NCBI GenBank assembly: GCA_964187785.1
Contig: OZ076409.1
Coordinates: 98,458,001-98,522,000 of the forward strand
Length of the DNA: 64,000 nt
Reading direction: 5' to 3'
Source: Amphiscolops sp. MND2022
Taxonomy: Eukaryota
Below the pieces are notes generated by a model. That model did no database searches. It was not told the DNA's origin and saw only the letters and a program-made list of their open reading frames with translations. Below are positions 49,801 through 61,800 of this stretch, piece after piece. Every line of letters starts with the position of its first letter. Position 1 is the stretch's first letter. Both the position numbers and the translations under genes were made by a program.

Positions 49801-52800
49801 CAAAAAAAGTCGCTTATGGGTTAAAAAGACTCAGTAAAAAGAGTTGAAACTATTCTTGATCTTTTGGAGAGAAAGTAGGTATTTTCAAATGAATGGATTA
49901 CTGACATTTCGTCATATGCATTTTCAACCTTCCGCAATTTCCACATAAACTAATTTTGGCTGCTTAGTCTTAATCGGTGGCGGGGGGGGGGAATTAACAG
50001 AAAGATCCTAAGTCATGTAGCCACCAAACAGGTTCTCTGAAAATGTAATGAGAGACACACGTACTGAAACAAGCAGAACACGACGGGATTAGAGAGAGTC
50101 ATGTGATTGGTTGGTTGCAGGCACCTATTCAGTGGTGAGCATCATGAGGTCAGACCAGGTGAACAAGGTCACCTCCCCCATCCCCAAGACAGTGCAGCCG
50201 GGCGGGTTCACCTGGGGGGTCGGCTACAGGTCAGTTTCCGATTTAACTGTTGCCCAATACTTCTGAAAGCAAAATTTATAATTTCGTGAACATATAGTAT
50301 CTGAGCATTTGTCATTTTTATTGAAAAATTCACGTTTTCAATATTAATATTATTTCTCAACAGTACATTTTCAACAATCGAACTCTTTTTGTTATCGATT
50401 ATCTTGGTTTACCCATCGATTACACTGTGTCGCGACAGTACAGTGATGATAATGTCCATCTACAAAGACAGTTGTTGCGGTGAAAAATTACCGAGAAACG
50501 TTCTCAAATCAACTGATGATTCCACTAATATGAAACGATTCGAAAAGAATTTTTCACAGACTTATACTGAAAATTTGTACGATTGTAGATATGTTGTAAG
50601 CAGTGATGTTAAATTTTTATAACCATTGTTTAATCATTTAACCAATGAGGTTTTTAAAAACAGAATTGGTTAAACAGATTTTCCAACTTTATGATTATTT
50701 AACCGATTATTCAACAAATTAATAATCTGAACTATAACCAGAATATTTACCGTATGTATTAATAACACTAATTGATGAGTGGTTGGAATTCTGAGAAGGT
50801 GTGGCGTACCAGTTTCTCGTACCATTTCTGATATTTGTTTTTAAAACTCTGGGTGTTTTGTACTGGAATTCCAGCCACTCATCAATTCGTGTAATTAGAA
50901 ACACGGGTAAAAATTCTCAATATAGTTCGAAAACTTAGGAAAAAATAGATTTTTTTCCAACACGTCAACTGTCTTAAATGTCTACACGTCTTATCATGAG
51001 CTGATAAATCTGTTTAAAGCATCTCAAATTTAACCAATTTGGTTTAACAGATCTGTTAATGGTTAAATGCATTCAACAAATCATTTATTTAACAGATCTC
51101 TACTGGTTCTAAGAAACCGCTTTACTAAAACCAGAATACGTTAGCTCTGTGCAACACCAGAGAGCCTTGTGAACGTTTTTCGGATGTGCAGTTGAACAAA
51201 ATACTGAAATCGAAGCCCAAGTGCGACTTCTCAACTCACAAAAATACCGGTCATTTGGCGCTTTTCGAAGAACAGAGCCGACTATAGAAGTGGTTTTTTT
51301 TGAGACCGGTGAGCTGACAGAATTTTATAAGCAATTCTGTAAGTTGGTATTCAAGTATACTCTCACTGCCACGTGGCCCAGTAGTTAACGCGGATTTCCT
51401 GTTCTGAGGCATGAGAAGTGGGAGTGCGTGAGGTTCGAGTCTCGCGCTGAACCAAACTTTCCTATGCTTGCAGAATTTAGGGGGAGACCGAAGGTTCCCT
51501 TTTTGCTTTTTTCGGCACCATGCGACTTAGTATCCAATTTCTCAATGAAATCTCAACCCTGGAATTCGGCAGAAACAAGGCGTCTACATTTTTCGGCACT
51601 ATGCAACTTACCGAAGTAAAAACTCTGTGGAAAAATTTCAATTTTTTAAATTTTTTTTCTGTGTTTTTCTAAGGATTTCTGTGAAAAGTTTACTGTCTTA
51701 AGGGTGACCTCTTTGATTTTTTGGTCCTGTGGAATAATTGTCAAAATGACCTAAGATTTGTTTCGACACTATGACAAAATTTTTTGTTTGGTCAAAGTGT
51801 ACCCCTTCACTTTCATAAATGTTTTCGGTTTGAAAAAAGCGTTTTGCGAGGCCAAATTTCCTTTTCGGAAGACGTTTTTCCGGAGAAAAGTAATTTTCGA
51901 AAAATTTTCATGTAATTCAAGTAATTTTAAAAGTTTCATGTTTGGAAAAAAAGCGATTAATGAGTCTTATGGATGTTAAGAACAACTTCTGTACTTATGG
52001 CTTTTAAGTAACTGTTGTCTTCCGGACAAAATTGTTTCTTGAACTATTGTGAAATTTTTTTTTGATTTCCCGACGAATGGTCCATCTATGCTAGTTACAA
52101 CGCAAAATATGCTATATATGAAGCAAAATAGTTTTTTAAATTTTTCTGCGATAGCAGGAATATGATTGAAATCTGACTTATTGAACTTTTTTTTTCAGTT
52201 CAATTTTTGTCGTGATAACTAGTGCTACTTAAAAATTCAGATATTTTGTTCGGCAGTGAGTATAAGCAGTAGAATTAATTTTCTCAATGATTCGTTTCTC
52301 GTGCGATGGAACAAGCGAGTGGTAATTATGCTTTCGTACGCCGAGTCATTGAGATGAAGCGAACGAGAGTTAATTATTCGTTCGCCGAGAGCTTCGCTCG
52401 TATACAAATGTTATAATTTCTTTAGTCTGAGAAGAATCAAAGGTGGTGTAAATTGGTAGAGTGATTGATGGTGCGCTCTATAAATGATTGATATGCTTCT
52501 ATTATCGAACATGAAAGCCTAAAAGCAGAAATAATACTGTGCCCCGCAGGGGCCTGTTTTTGCATTACCAAAACTATGGATACTTTGTTGAAGAAAATAA
52601 ATCCGGTCAATCTCTTGGTTTGAATAATGATTGTGTTAGAGTACTAACGGATGGTGATTGCTGATTGTTGACAGGGGAGCGGACATAGATGCTCTGGGCA
52701 GGGTGGCGGATCTGTCTGCGTACTGCATGCAGTACGTGTACGCGCGGTGTTGGAGTGGGGCCAAGCTGCTGAACTCTCCCTCGATGGACCCGCCCCAGGC

Positions 52801-55800
52801 CTGGTGGGTGTCCAGACAGGGCTACCGGATGCTCCACTGGGGCAACGCCACCGCCCACTCTGGCAAGTGTGGCTGCTCCATGACCCCCGGCGCCACTTGT
52901 GCCAACTCACAATACTAGTTAGTACATAAAACATGGGTGTTTTAACACAAACACGTTTGAAAACAGTTTTATTTTGAATGAAATACATTTCGGTCAAAGG
53001 TTTTTTATTTCATGTTCATGTAATCGCTATAGACAGACAAGTAGGCGTCAAATTGAGCAACATTCCCAATACTAGTTAGTAGTCATCAGTGATTTGACGT
53101 TTATAAAAGTTTAAAATTTTAATTTCGTCGTGAATGTAACGAATGTAAGGTATTCGGTGATACTAGAGTATCGTAAACGTACTTTTCACCTTACAATAAT
53201 AAAGTTGATATAAAGATTTCACCTTTTAATATTAAGTTATTTACCTTAATTTAATATTCTCAATGAAGAAAAATAAAAACAGATGCTTGAAAGCAAAAAG
53301 CTATCGTGACCCGTTTTGCCAAAGTTTAGAGGTGTTTTAATATACCTGTGAATTAACATGTGCCAACTCCCAATACTAGTTAACCAGGATGGCTATTTGG
53401 GTAGCTTTAACCCTAAACAACCCAGTGGTACTTCAAAGTCACATACCTTTTTTTCAATTTCTAATCCGTTTTGCCAGTAGCCCATATTCTCTAGCACAGT
53501 TTTTTTTCAACAATTCTTTGGTACCTAGATTGGTTTGAATGGCACAAGAATTAGGAAAAGTGAATATGTCTCCAAAACTGAGAAAAATTAGTTTCTTTGC
53601 ACAAAAAATTGTTTTTTTTTCTAAATTTCAGTTTTTGGCGAAATCCAGTTTTCTCAAAAAATCATGTCCCATAGCAAAAACCAGCCCCATACACTTGCAC
53701 AACAAGTTCTTACACAACGAATCCCAATAATATTCTGTTGTTACTACAATCCCCCGCGCAGCTTTGGTCGCTTTTTCCCAAAGTCGCTTTTTGATCGCTT
53801 TTTACGCTATAAGAGAATAAGTGCTGAGTTAAGTGCCCAAAGTGGACACAGAAACGTCATATCTGGAAATATCATTGACTCTTTCTTCACGCAATAAGTT
53901 TTGAATGCTTATGTTTATACCAATCTCAGATATTCTGTTGAACATTTTGTTCCAATTATAATTTATGGTTACTGAAACATGTTTTTAGTCGGCGCTTTTC
54001 TTAAGAAAAGAGCCCGACTATTACAGTCACTCGTTTTTTTTTCTTTTTTTTTTATTTAAGACAGACTCGAAGCGACGAACGTTAAAAGTTAAAATTAACG
54101 TTCAACTACTAAAAGTACTAAACTACTGGACCGCTAAAGGCAAACACGGGGAGCGCATTCATTCACTTTTTCAACGTTACATACAAGCCCGGACGGGACT
54201 AAAGTTTCGTACACCCCCCTCCCTTTCGGTTTTTTTTTCGGCGCTGTGAGATTTTTTTTCGAATTTTTTTAATGTCCCCAAAGGGTCCCCCCTTTGAGTT
54301 TTTTGTTATTTTGCTACAGAATGCGTGTTTATAAATCAAAAAGGGTCCCCCCTTTTACATTTTCCGGCACTGTGCGACATTTTCCGAAAGAAATTTTTTT
54401 CCCGAAAATTTCAAGTTTTTTTCCAAAAAAAAATGTTTTGCGCTTTTTGAGCCTTAGATATAGCGCCGACTTGAGGCGTTCTCGTCTTGTTTGAAGAAAC
54501 GTTAGGTCCCTTTTTTAGTGAAAACGTAAATTTTTCTTATTTTAATTGGGTCGCCGCTTTTTTGTTGAAAAAAACTGGTCACCCTGCAGTTAACTCAGAA
54601 TAATTCGGATCTGTAACGACCAAAGTAATATCATCCGGTTAATTCGTATTTCTCATTATTCGTACTTTTATTCTGTTCCCAGCGATACGAATTAGGTGGA
54701 TTCAACTGTAGTTAGTCATTACATACAGAGCTTCTTTTCTCTAGACAAGAGTTGATTTAAATAGTTTTTTTGCTGAAATAGTTCGTCAAATTATCATATG
54801 CTTGACTTCAAGAATCTTTTAGTTTTTTTGCAAGAGAAATATTGGAATTTATCTCCTCTCTCCACATGCGTCAAATTGTTTGTAAATATTGAAAGATTAA
54901 CATAAGTTCTATAAGAGAACTTCTAAGGATTCGAGAGGCTGGGTTTCTTAAAATGAAATTCCTAGGATACTCTGAGGAAAGTTTGAATTCTCGCGTATTT
55001 GTTAGTCGACGCTTTTCTTTAGAATAGAGTCGACTATAGTCATGGCTTTTCGTCAGTGTTTTTTTTAAGACCACCTGAACTGACCAAAATAGTTCTACAA
55101 AAGTTCTACAAAATATTATTGCACCAAATTGCACTATTTGGCCTAGCGAACTGAACCAAAAAAGTTTTTCCTGTTTTCCCGCGTAACATACCATACTGAG
55201 CAACACCAAAGGGTCCCCCTTTAGTTTTTTTTCGGCACTGTGCGACTTTTTTTCCGGAAAAAATTTTTCCCCAAAGGGTCCCCCCTTCAATTTTTTGATG
55301 TTTTGCTACAAAATGGATGTTGAAAACCCCCAAAGGGTCCACCCTTTCAGTTTTTTCGGCATTGTGAGACTTTTTTCCAAAAAAATTCATAAAAGGGTCC
55401 CCAACTCACCAATACTTTGACATATTGAAGTCCTTTTGCTATTTTTGAGCCTTAGTATGGCGCCGACTTGGGCCGGTCCCGGCTTGTTATTTTTTTGGTT
55501 GCCTCTGATAAATGCTGCAATGTTAGTGAGTCATTTACCAAGCAACTTTCAATGATCCCTTCGCGAAGGAACAGCGTTTCAGTTACCAATGGCGGGGCTG
55601 CTACGCGTTTAATTGAATTACTTCATTCTTTGCGACAACTGAAGTTTTGCAAGCACGGATTTATCAATTCAAAAGATAATCAATTCAAAATTTCTCGCAA
55701 TTTTTTCAATCATGTTTTTGTGTTTAGTTGCAATTGCCATTCTCAGTTTTTGTCTGAAATTAGGTTTTCTCAATATGTATCAATAATTTTTTCTCAATAC

Positions 55801-58800
55801 TATTCGAAATTTTGACGTAATATCGGGAGTAAAGCGCTATATCCGAACATTTGACGTAATTATATTGCGTTTTACTAAGCAGGAGGCAGAGGTTCAAAAA
55901 CAAGCGTTCCCGTGTGGCCCAGCACGCTATATCCGAACTTTTGAAGCGTTTTCCGAGCACGAAAGGCACCCTTTGGGTGTTGCGACACTTTTTTTGTGAG
56001 TTTTTCATTATAAAACGCCCTGAGTATATATGAAAAACTTTGCGCTTTTCGAGCCTTCAGTGGGGCGTTCCCGTCTTGTTTTCTATTCAATTTAAAAGAT
56101 ATAATTCATTTTCTCGAGTGAGTTTTTCGAGCATGTTTCGTTTTTTGTGTGTGTTGTTTAGTTGCAATTGCGACTCCCCGTCGGCGGAGGGAGTGCAGAA
56201 AGTGGACGACGGGTTCCTGGTCGAGAAGGAGTACCTGCCGGTGCGGGAGATCCGGGCGGGGGGCACCACTGGCAGAGACCGCTCCCACAAGAGTCTCGAG
56301 TTCATAGTCGGAGACCTCTTCTGCACCGGAGACTGTGAGTAGAACCTCTGATGTTGCGTTGCATCTTTTTAACAGATTTGAAACAAATTTACTAAAAATA
56401 TATTTTTATTATTTCTGCGGTAGCAGGAATATTATTGAAATCTCAAGATGTCTACTTTTTTTCAGTAAAATTCTTCGCATGATACTGAATAATTCAGATA
56501 TTTTGTTCGGCAGTGACTATAAGCGTGAGAATTAAATTGTTCAAGCTGCCGACGACATTTCAATTCTCGTGCGATGGAAAGAGCGAGTGGTAATTATTCA
56601 TTCGTACGCTGATGTCATTGAGATGAAGCGAGCGAATGTTCGTAATTGTGCTTTCGTTGCCCCGAGTTATTGAGATGAAGCGAATGAGTGTTAATTATTC
56701 GTTCGTTGAGAGCTTCGCCTGCATTCAAATGCGAATGCGAAACTTCGTCTACGCTTAGTTGTTATATTTCCTTTAGTCCGAGAAGAATTAAAGGCGGTGT
56801 AATGTTGTAGTGATTAATTGTGCGCTCTATAAATGATCAAGATATGCTTCAATGATTGAAGATGAAAGCCTAAAAGCAGAAATAATACTGTGCCCCGCAG
56901 AGGCCTATTTTCTAGAACTGCGAATGACTGGACCAAGACTGGCGAGGACATGAGAATTGTCGAAAACTGGAAATACGCTTAGCAGTTTTTGGAATCATAG
57001 TTTTCTGCTATAGACTTGGGCAACGGGAGAGACAGTACGGGAACTGATTGAGTTTTTTCTCAAAATCTATAGAGCTTTTCCTATAGCAATTTCAAACTCA
57101 GAGGACAAAATCGACTTCAGTGGAAATTTCCACAGGAGTCGATTTCGCTTTCTCTGAGGGGATATTAAAAGCTGAAATAAAGTACAATTTCCCTAAGGAA
57201 AACTCAAGCAAATTGTACTTCATTTCCGCTTTTTCCATTGGACGAAATTTACCCTAAGTTGAAAAGAGATGCAGTGGCACTGCGATTTTTTCCGTATTTT
57301 TGAATCGACGAGTACCGAGTTCACTGCAGATTTTCTACGAGCTCCGAGCATGAACCAAGAATAATTTTCAGTCGATCGAACCGACTTCTGTTTGTAATAA
57401 CCATTGCGTGAGTGCCTTGTTACACCTGATGTTATGCAAGCTAATTAATTGTGATAATTAGAATAAAAAATAGCTAAATTATTTCAGTTCAATATTCAAA
57501 AATTGTCAATTTGAAAGTTTTTCATTTTCTCCGGTTTATTCTGGAGATTTCCTTGCAACTACCGGTGACGAATTTAAACTGAAAAGATTATTTAACCTGT
57601 TGCGGTACTGGTGAGCATGCTTGAAATTCGGAAGTCAAGCCTTGTATGATTCCTCAATGACCCCCAGTTCGAAATTTCGGTCCATGTTTCTCAACAACAA
57701 CCCCCCCCCCCCCAGGTACACCTTGTTTCGAAACCGCTCCCCATGCCAACACGAAAGAACATTTTATTCTTGAGGAAAAACATTTCACTAATAAGAGAAT
57801 ATTCAATGAATGTAAATACTTCGAGGATTCCCTTGCAAGATCTAAATTTGGAAAATTCGAAGTTTGGGCGCGGCCATTTTGAATTTAATCATTTTCGCGT
57901 GTCATCATTTTCGGATGGCCAGAACGGTAAGAACTAGAGGTGCGCCGGAACAGGAATTTTTTGTCCGACCGGAACCGGAATTTTAAAGCCCAATCTTACC
58001 GGAACCTAGCACTGAGCAGAGAGCCAACATAGAATAAGGACATTTCTCAATTACTGAATGCTTTGCTTTTAGTAGAACTAAATGTCCGACATTACGCTTT
58101 TAATTTCATTTTGTTCCAGCAGTGTCAGTAACGGGCCCCGTATAGATAAATACTGAAAACCTCAACAAATGTAGGACAGATTACAAAAAACAACGGATTT
58201 TTTTTTAAAAATGATTAAAAAAATTTAAAAAATTGAGTCAGGATATGCACCCACTTGAGATTGTCGTAATTCGCGACAGCCTTCCCTCCTGCACTGACTG
58301 TTGCGGCAGTTAAATTTTTAGTATAACTAACTAACTAACTAATAAAGGTCTGTTTATCCTTTTAGTGCGCATGCAGAACATGGCCTCGTTTTGGGACAAG
58401 CGGTCGGCGCTGTTCTTCCCGGCGGTGGACGCGACCTACGCCATAGAGGTGTCGTTCTACTTCAAGACCCGTTCGGATCAGGGCGTGTTCATGGTGGCCA
58501 CAGGCAGCGACCCCGGCCGCAAGTACAACTACCCCCGACTGCGCGACAGGGACGGCAACAACTTCTACCTGCCCAACTCTGACACGGACTACTTCAAGAT
58601 CAGTCTGGTCAAGGACGGAAACATCACCAGTGAGTAAGACCCTGTATCACACCCTTGTATCACATCTACATTGTATCTACTTATGTCCAGCTTAAAGCTC
58701 AACAAGACGAGAACGTCTAAAGTTGGCGCTATATCTAAGGCTCAAAAAATCGAAGGGGGAGCCTTTTGGAGACAAAAAATTTCGCTAAAAAGTCGCACAG

Positions 58801-61800
58801 TGCCGAAAAAACTCGAAAGGGGGACCCTTCACTGTCATCCGGTTCTGTAGGCTACGTTAAAAAAAGTAAAAAACCAAAAGGGGACCCTTTGGTGACAAAA
58901 AAATTCGAAAAAGTAGCACAGTGCCGAAAAAAAATTGGAACGGGGACCTTATTATGTTTTCCAGGACTTCCGTTTGTTTCTTCTTTTTTGTTTTGCACAA
59001 GGTTCTGAGATTTCGAGTGTTTTGAACCTCCGCGTTTTGAACCTCCCCCAAGTTGTTGAACAAATGAACTGAACAAAAAAGTGGACCTTTCGTGTCTAAA
59101 AAAAACTACACACTGTAAGAGTCGGGCACATTTTCTACTAAAATGCGCCGACTAAAAACATCATCAAAAGTACTTCAAAGCGTCAAGGATCCTCTTTTGA
59201 ATAAATTCTCATGTTCACAGTACCGAAAACCCACAGGGGGACCACTGACTATGGCCTTGAGGAAGTCACTTTGGAACAGACGTTTGACATCGCTCATTTT
59301 CGCTATTCGCTATACAACTAAATTCAAAATCGCTATTTCGCTGAATAACTTTTTCTCTGGCCGGGGGGAGTCACTTACCAGGCGTCCAGCCCCGACGAAG
59401 TTAGTCGCACAACTTCAAACTGCAATTATATCATTTCTGCACACGTTTCTCAACGTATTGGTTGGTCGGGTTTTAGTCGGCGCTTTTCGTAGAAAAACGC
59501 AGACTACAGCAGTGACTTTTTTTAAGACCAACGAAGTGACAGATTTTATAAGCTTTATAAGCTGACTTGAACTAACGCTAAATGGCACACTACTTCTACT
59601 GGCACTTGAGATAGTTTAATTAGGCTTTTTGAGGTCCCCTTTTACATTTTTCGGCACTATGCGACTTACCGGAGACCAAAAAAAAATTGGAAAAACGAAA
59701 ATTATTTCGGAATTTTATTTTTTTCCTCATGCGGGTACTGTAGAAGAGAATACTTGACACTTTGAAGTCCTTTTGCTATTTTTGCACATGACGAAGTCAA
59801 TGTGCATTGCAGTCCAGCTAAGTAAGTTTTATTTCCACTATAGTCAACTTCATAATGAGCGCCTTTTAGAAAAAAGCCAAAACCCCAGAGAGATTCGAAC
59901 CTGCAGCCTCCCGATTGCACGGCATAAGTGTTGACCACTGTGCCATAGGGACGTAATTGAACAAAGTTGAACTGTTGAATATATACGCATGCGATTAAAA
60001 TAATATATATACGCATATTAAAATAATCGATGTCTTCGTCATGTGTTGCGAAGCACCGCTTCGCCTCTGTGTTTGATATGGCGCCGACTTATTGCACATG
60101 ACGAAGTCAATGTGCATTGCAGTCCAGCTAAGTAAGTTTTTTTCCACTATAGTCAACTTCATAATGAGCGCCTTTTAGAAAAAAGCCAAAACCCCAGAGA
60201 GATTCGAACATGCAGCCTCCCGATTGCACGGCGTAAGTGTTGACCACTGTGCCATAGGGACGTTATTGAACAAAGTTGAACTGTTGAATATATACGCATG
60301 CGATTAAAATAATCTATATACGCATATTAAAATAATTGATGTCTTCGTCATGTGTTGCGAAGCACCGCTTCGCCTCTGTGTTTGATATGGCGCCGACTTA
60401 TGCCGTTCCCTGCTTATTTTACCAAAAAAGGAGAAAAACTTCAAAAGGCAGGCGAGCCGTGTTTTGGTCGAAGAACGAATCTGTTTAACTAATTTGAACA
60501 AAAAATTGAAATCATTAATTCTCCACAACTACGCGTACCAAAGAAACGAACTATAGTGCGTTTGAAAAGTATGGTATTGGGCTTTCATTATGATCGGGTG
60601 AGCCCCTGTCACCGCGCGTCCCATTCCTTAGAATTTTTGTTTCTTTTTCCGATACCGCCGCCTCTTGTCCATTTTGGGCGGGGACTTGTAGTAACAACAG
60701 GATATTATATTGGGGTTTGTTGCACAAGGACTTGTCGTGAAAGGGCAAGGGTTGCTTTTTTCTATTGGTCAAAGGCTTTTGAGAAAACTGGATTTCGCCA
60801 AAAACTGAATTTTGGAAAAGTATAACCATTTTTTGTGCAAAAGAAAACATTTTTCCCAGATTTGGGGACACATTCACTTTTTCCAATGCTTGTGACATTC
60901 AAATCAATCTAAGTGCCAATGAACGGCTGAAACAAAAATGTGCTAGAGAATATGGGTTGTTGGCAAAAGGAAACAAAAATTGAAAAAACGGTAGGCTGCT
61001 TTAAAGAACAACTAGGTTAATTCGATAGACTATTCGTTTTTCGAAAGGTTTTCAGTTGAGCAAGATGGTTTTTTTGGCACTGAAAAATTGATGGAACTTT
61101 AACAATTGTGTCCTTTTGCTTTTTTAAAATTACTTGTGACAAGTTACCTCAAAGTTATCTCATGACAATAATGTCTGAATTTCTACCCAAATGTATCTTC
61201 AAAAGAACATTACCTCTGTGGAACACTCTACCGAGAAAAATGATAATTTCATCCGAAAAAATGCAAAAAATCAAATCGTTTCTTTTCCAAAGATACGAAA
61301 ATGAAATAGACCGACCGCAATATGAAATAAAATGTGGGAGTGTTTACCGTTTATCATAATGCGTCCCCGTAATCACCCCCTTTTACCCTTCAATTATGTT
61401 TTTAATCGGCGCTTCATGAAGTGGAATGCGACTATTATACTGACTTTTTTCAATCCACACGAACTGACCAAAATAGTTCTTTAAAGTTCCACGAAATTTT
61501 ATGGTCCCAAATTGAATCATTTGGCTTGAAGAAGGTTTTTCCTCTTTTTCCGCGTAACCTACAATACCGGGAAAGACAAAAGGGCCCCCCTTTCAGTTTT
61601 TTTCTGCATTGTGAGACTTTTTAAAAATTTTTTTCGCCAAAGGGTCCCCCTTCAATTTTTTGATATTTTGAGACAGCATAGATGTTGAAAAATCCCAAAG
61701 GGTCCCCCTTTCAGTTTTTTTTGGCATTGTGAGATTTTTTTTGATTTTTTAAACCCAAATAGTCCCACCTTCAATTTTTTTATATTTGACAACAATGGAT

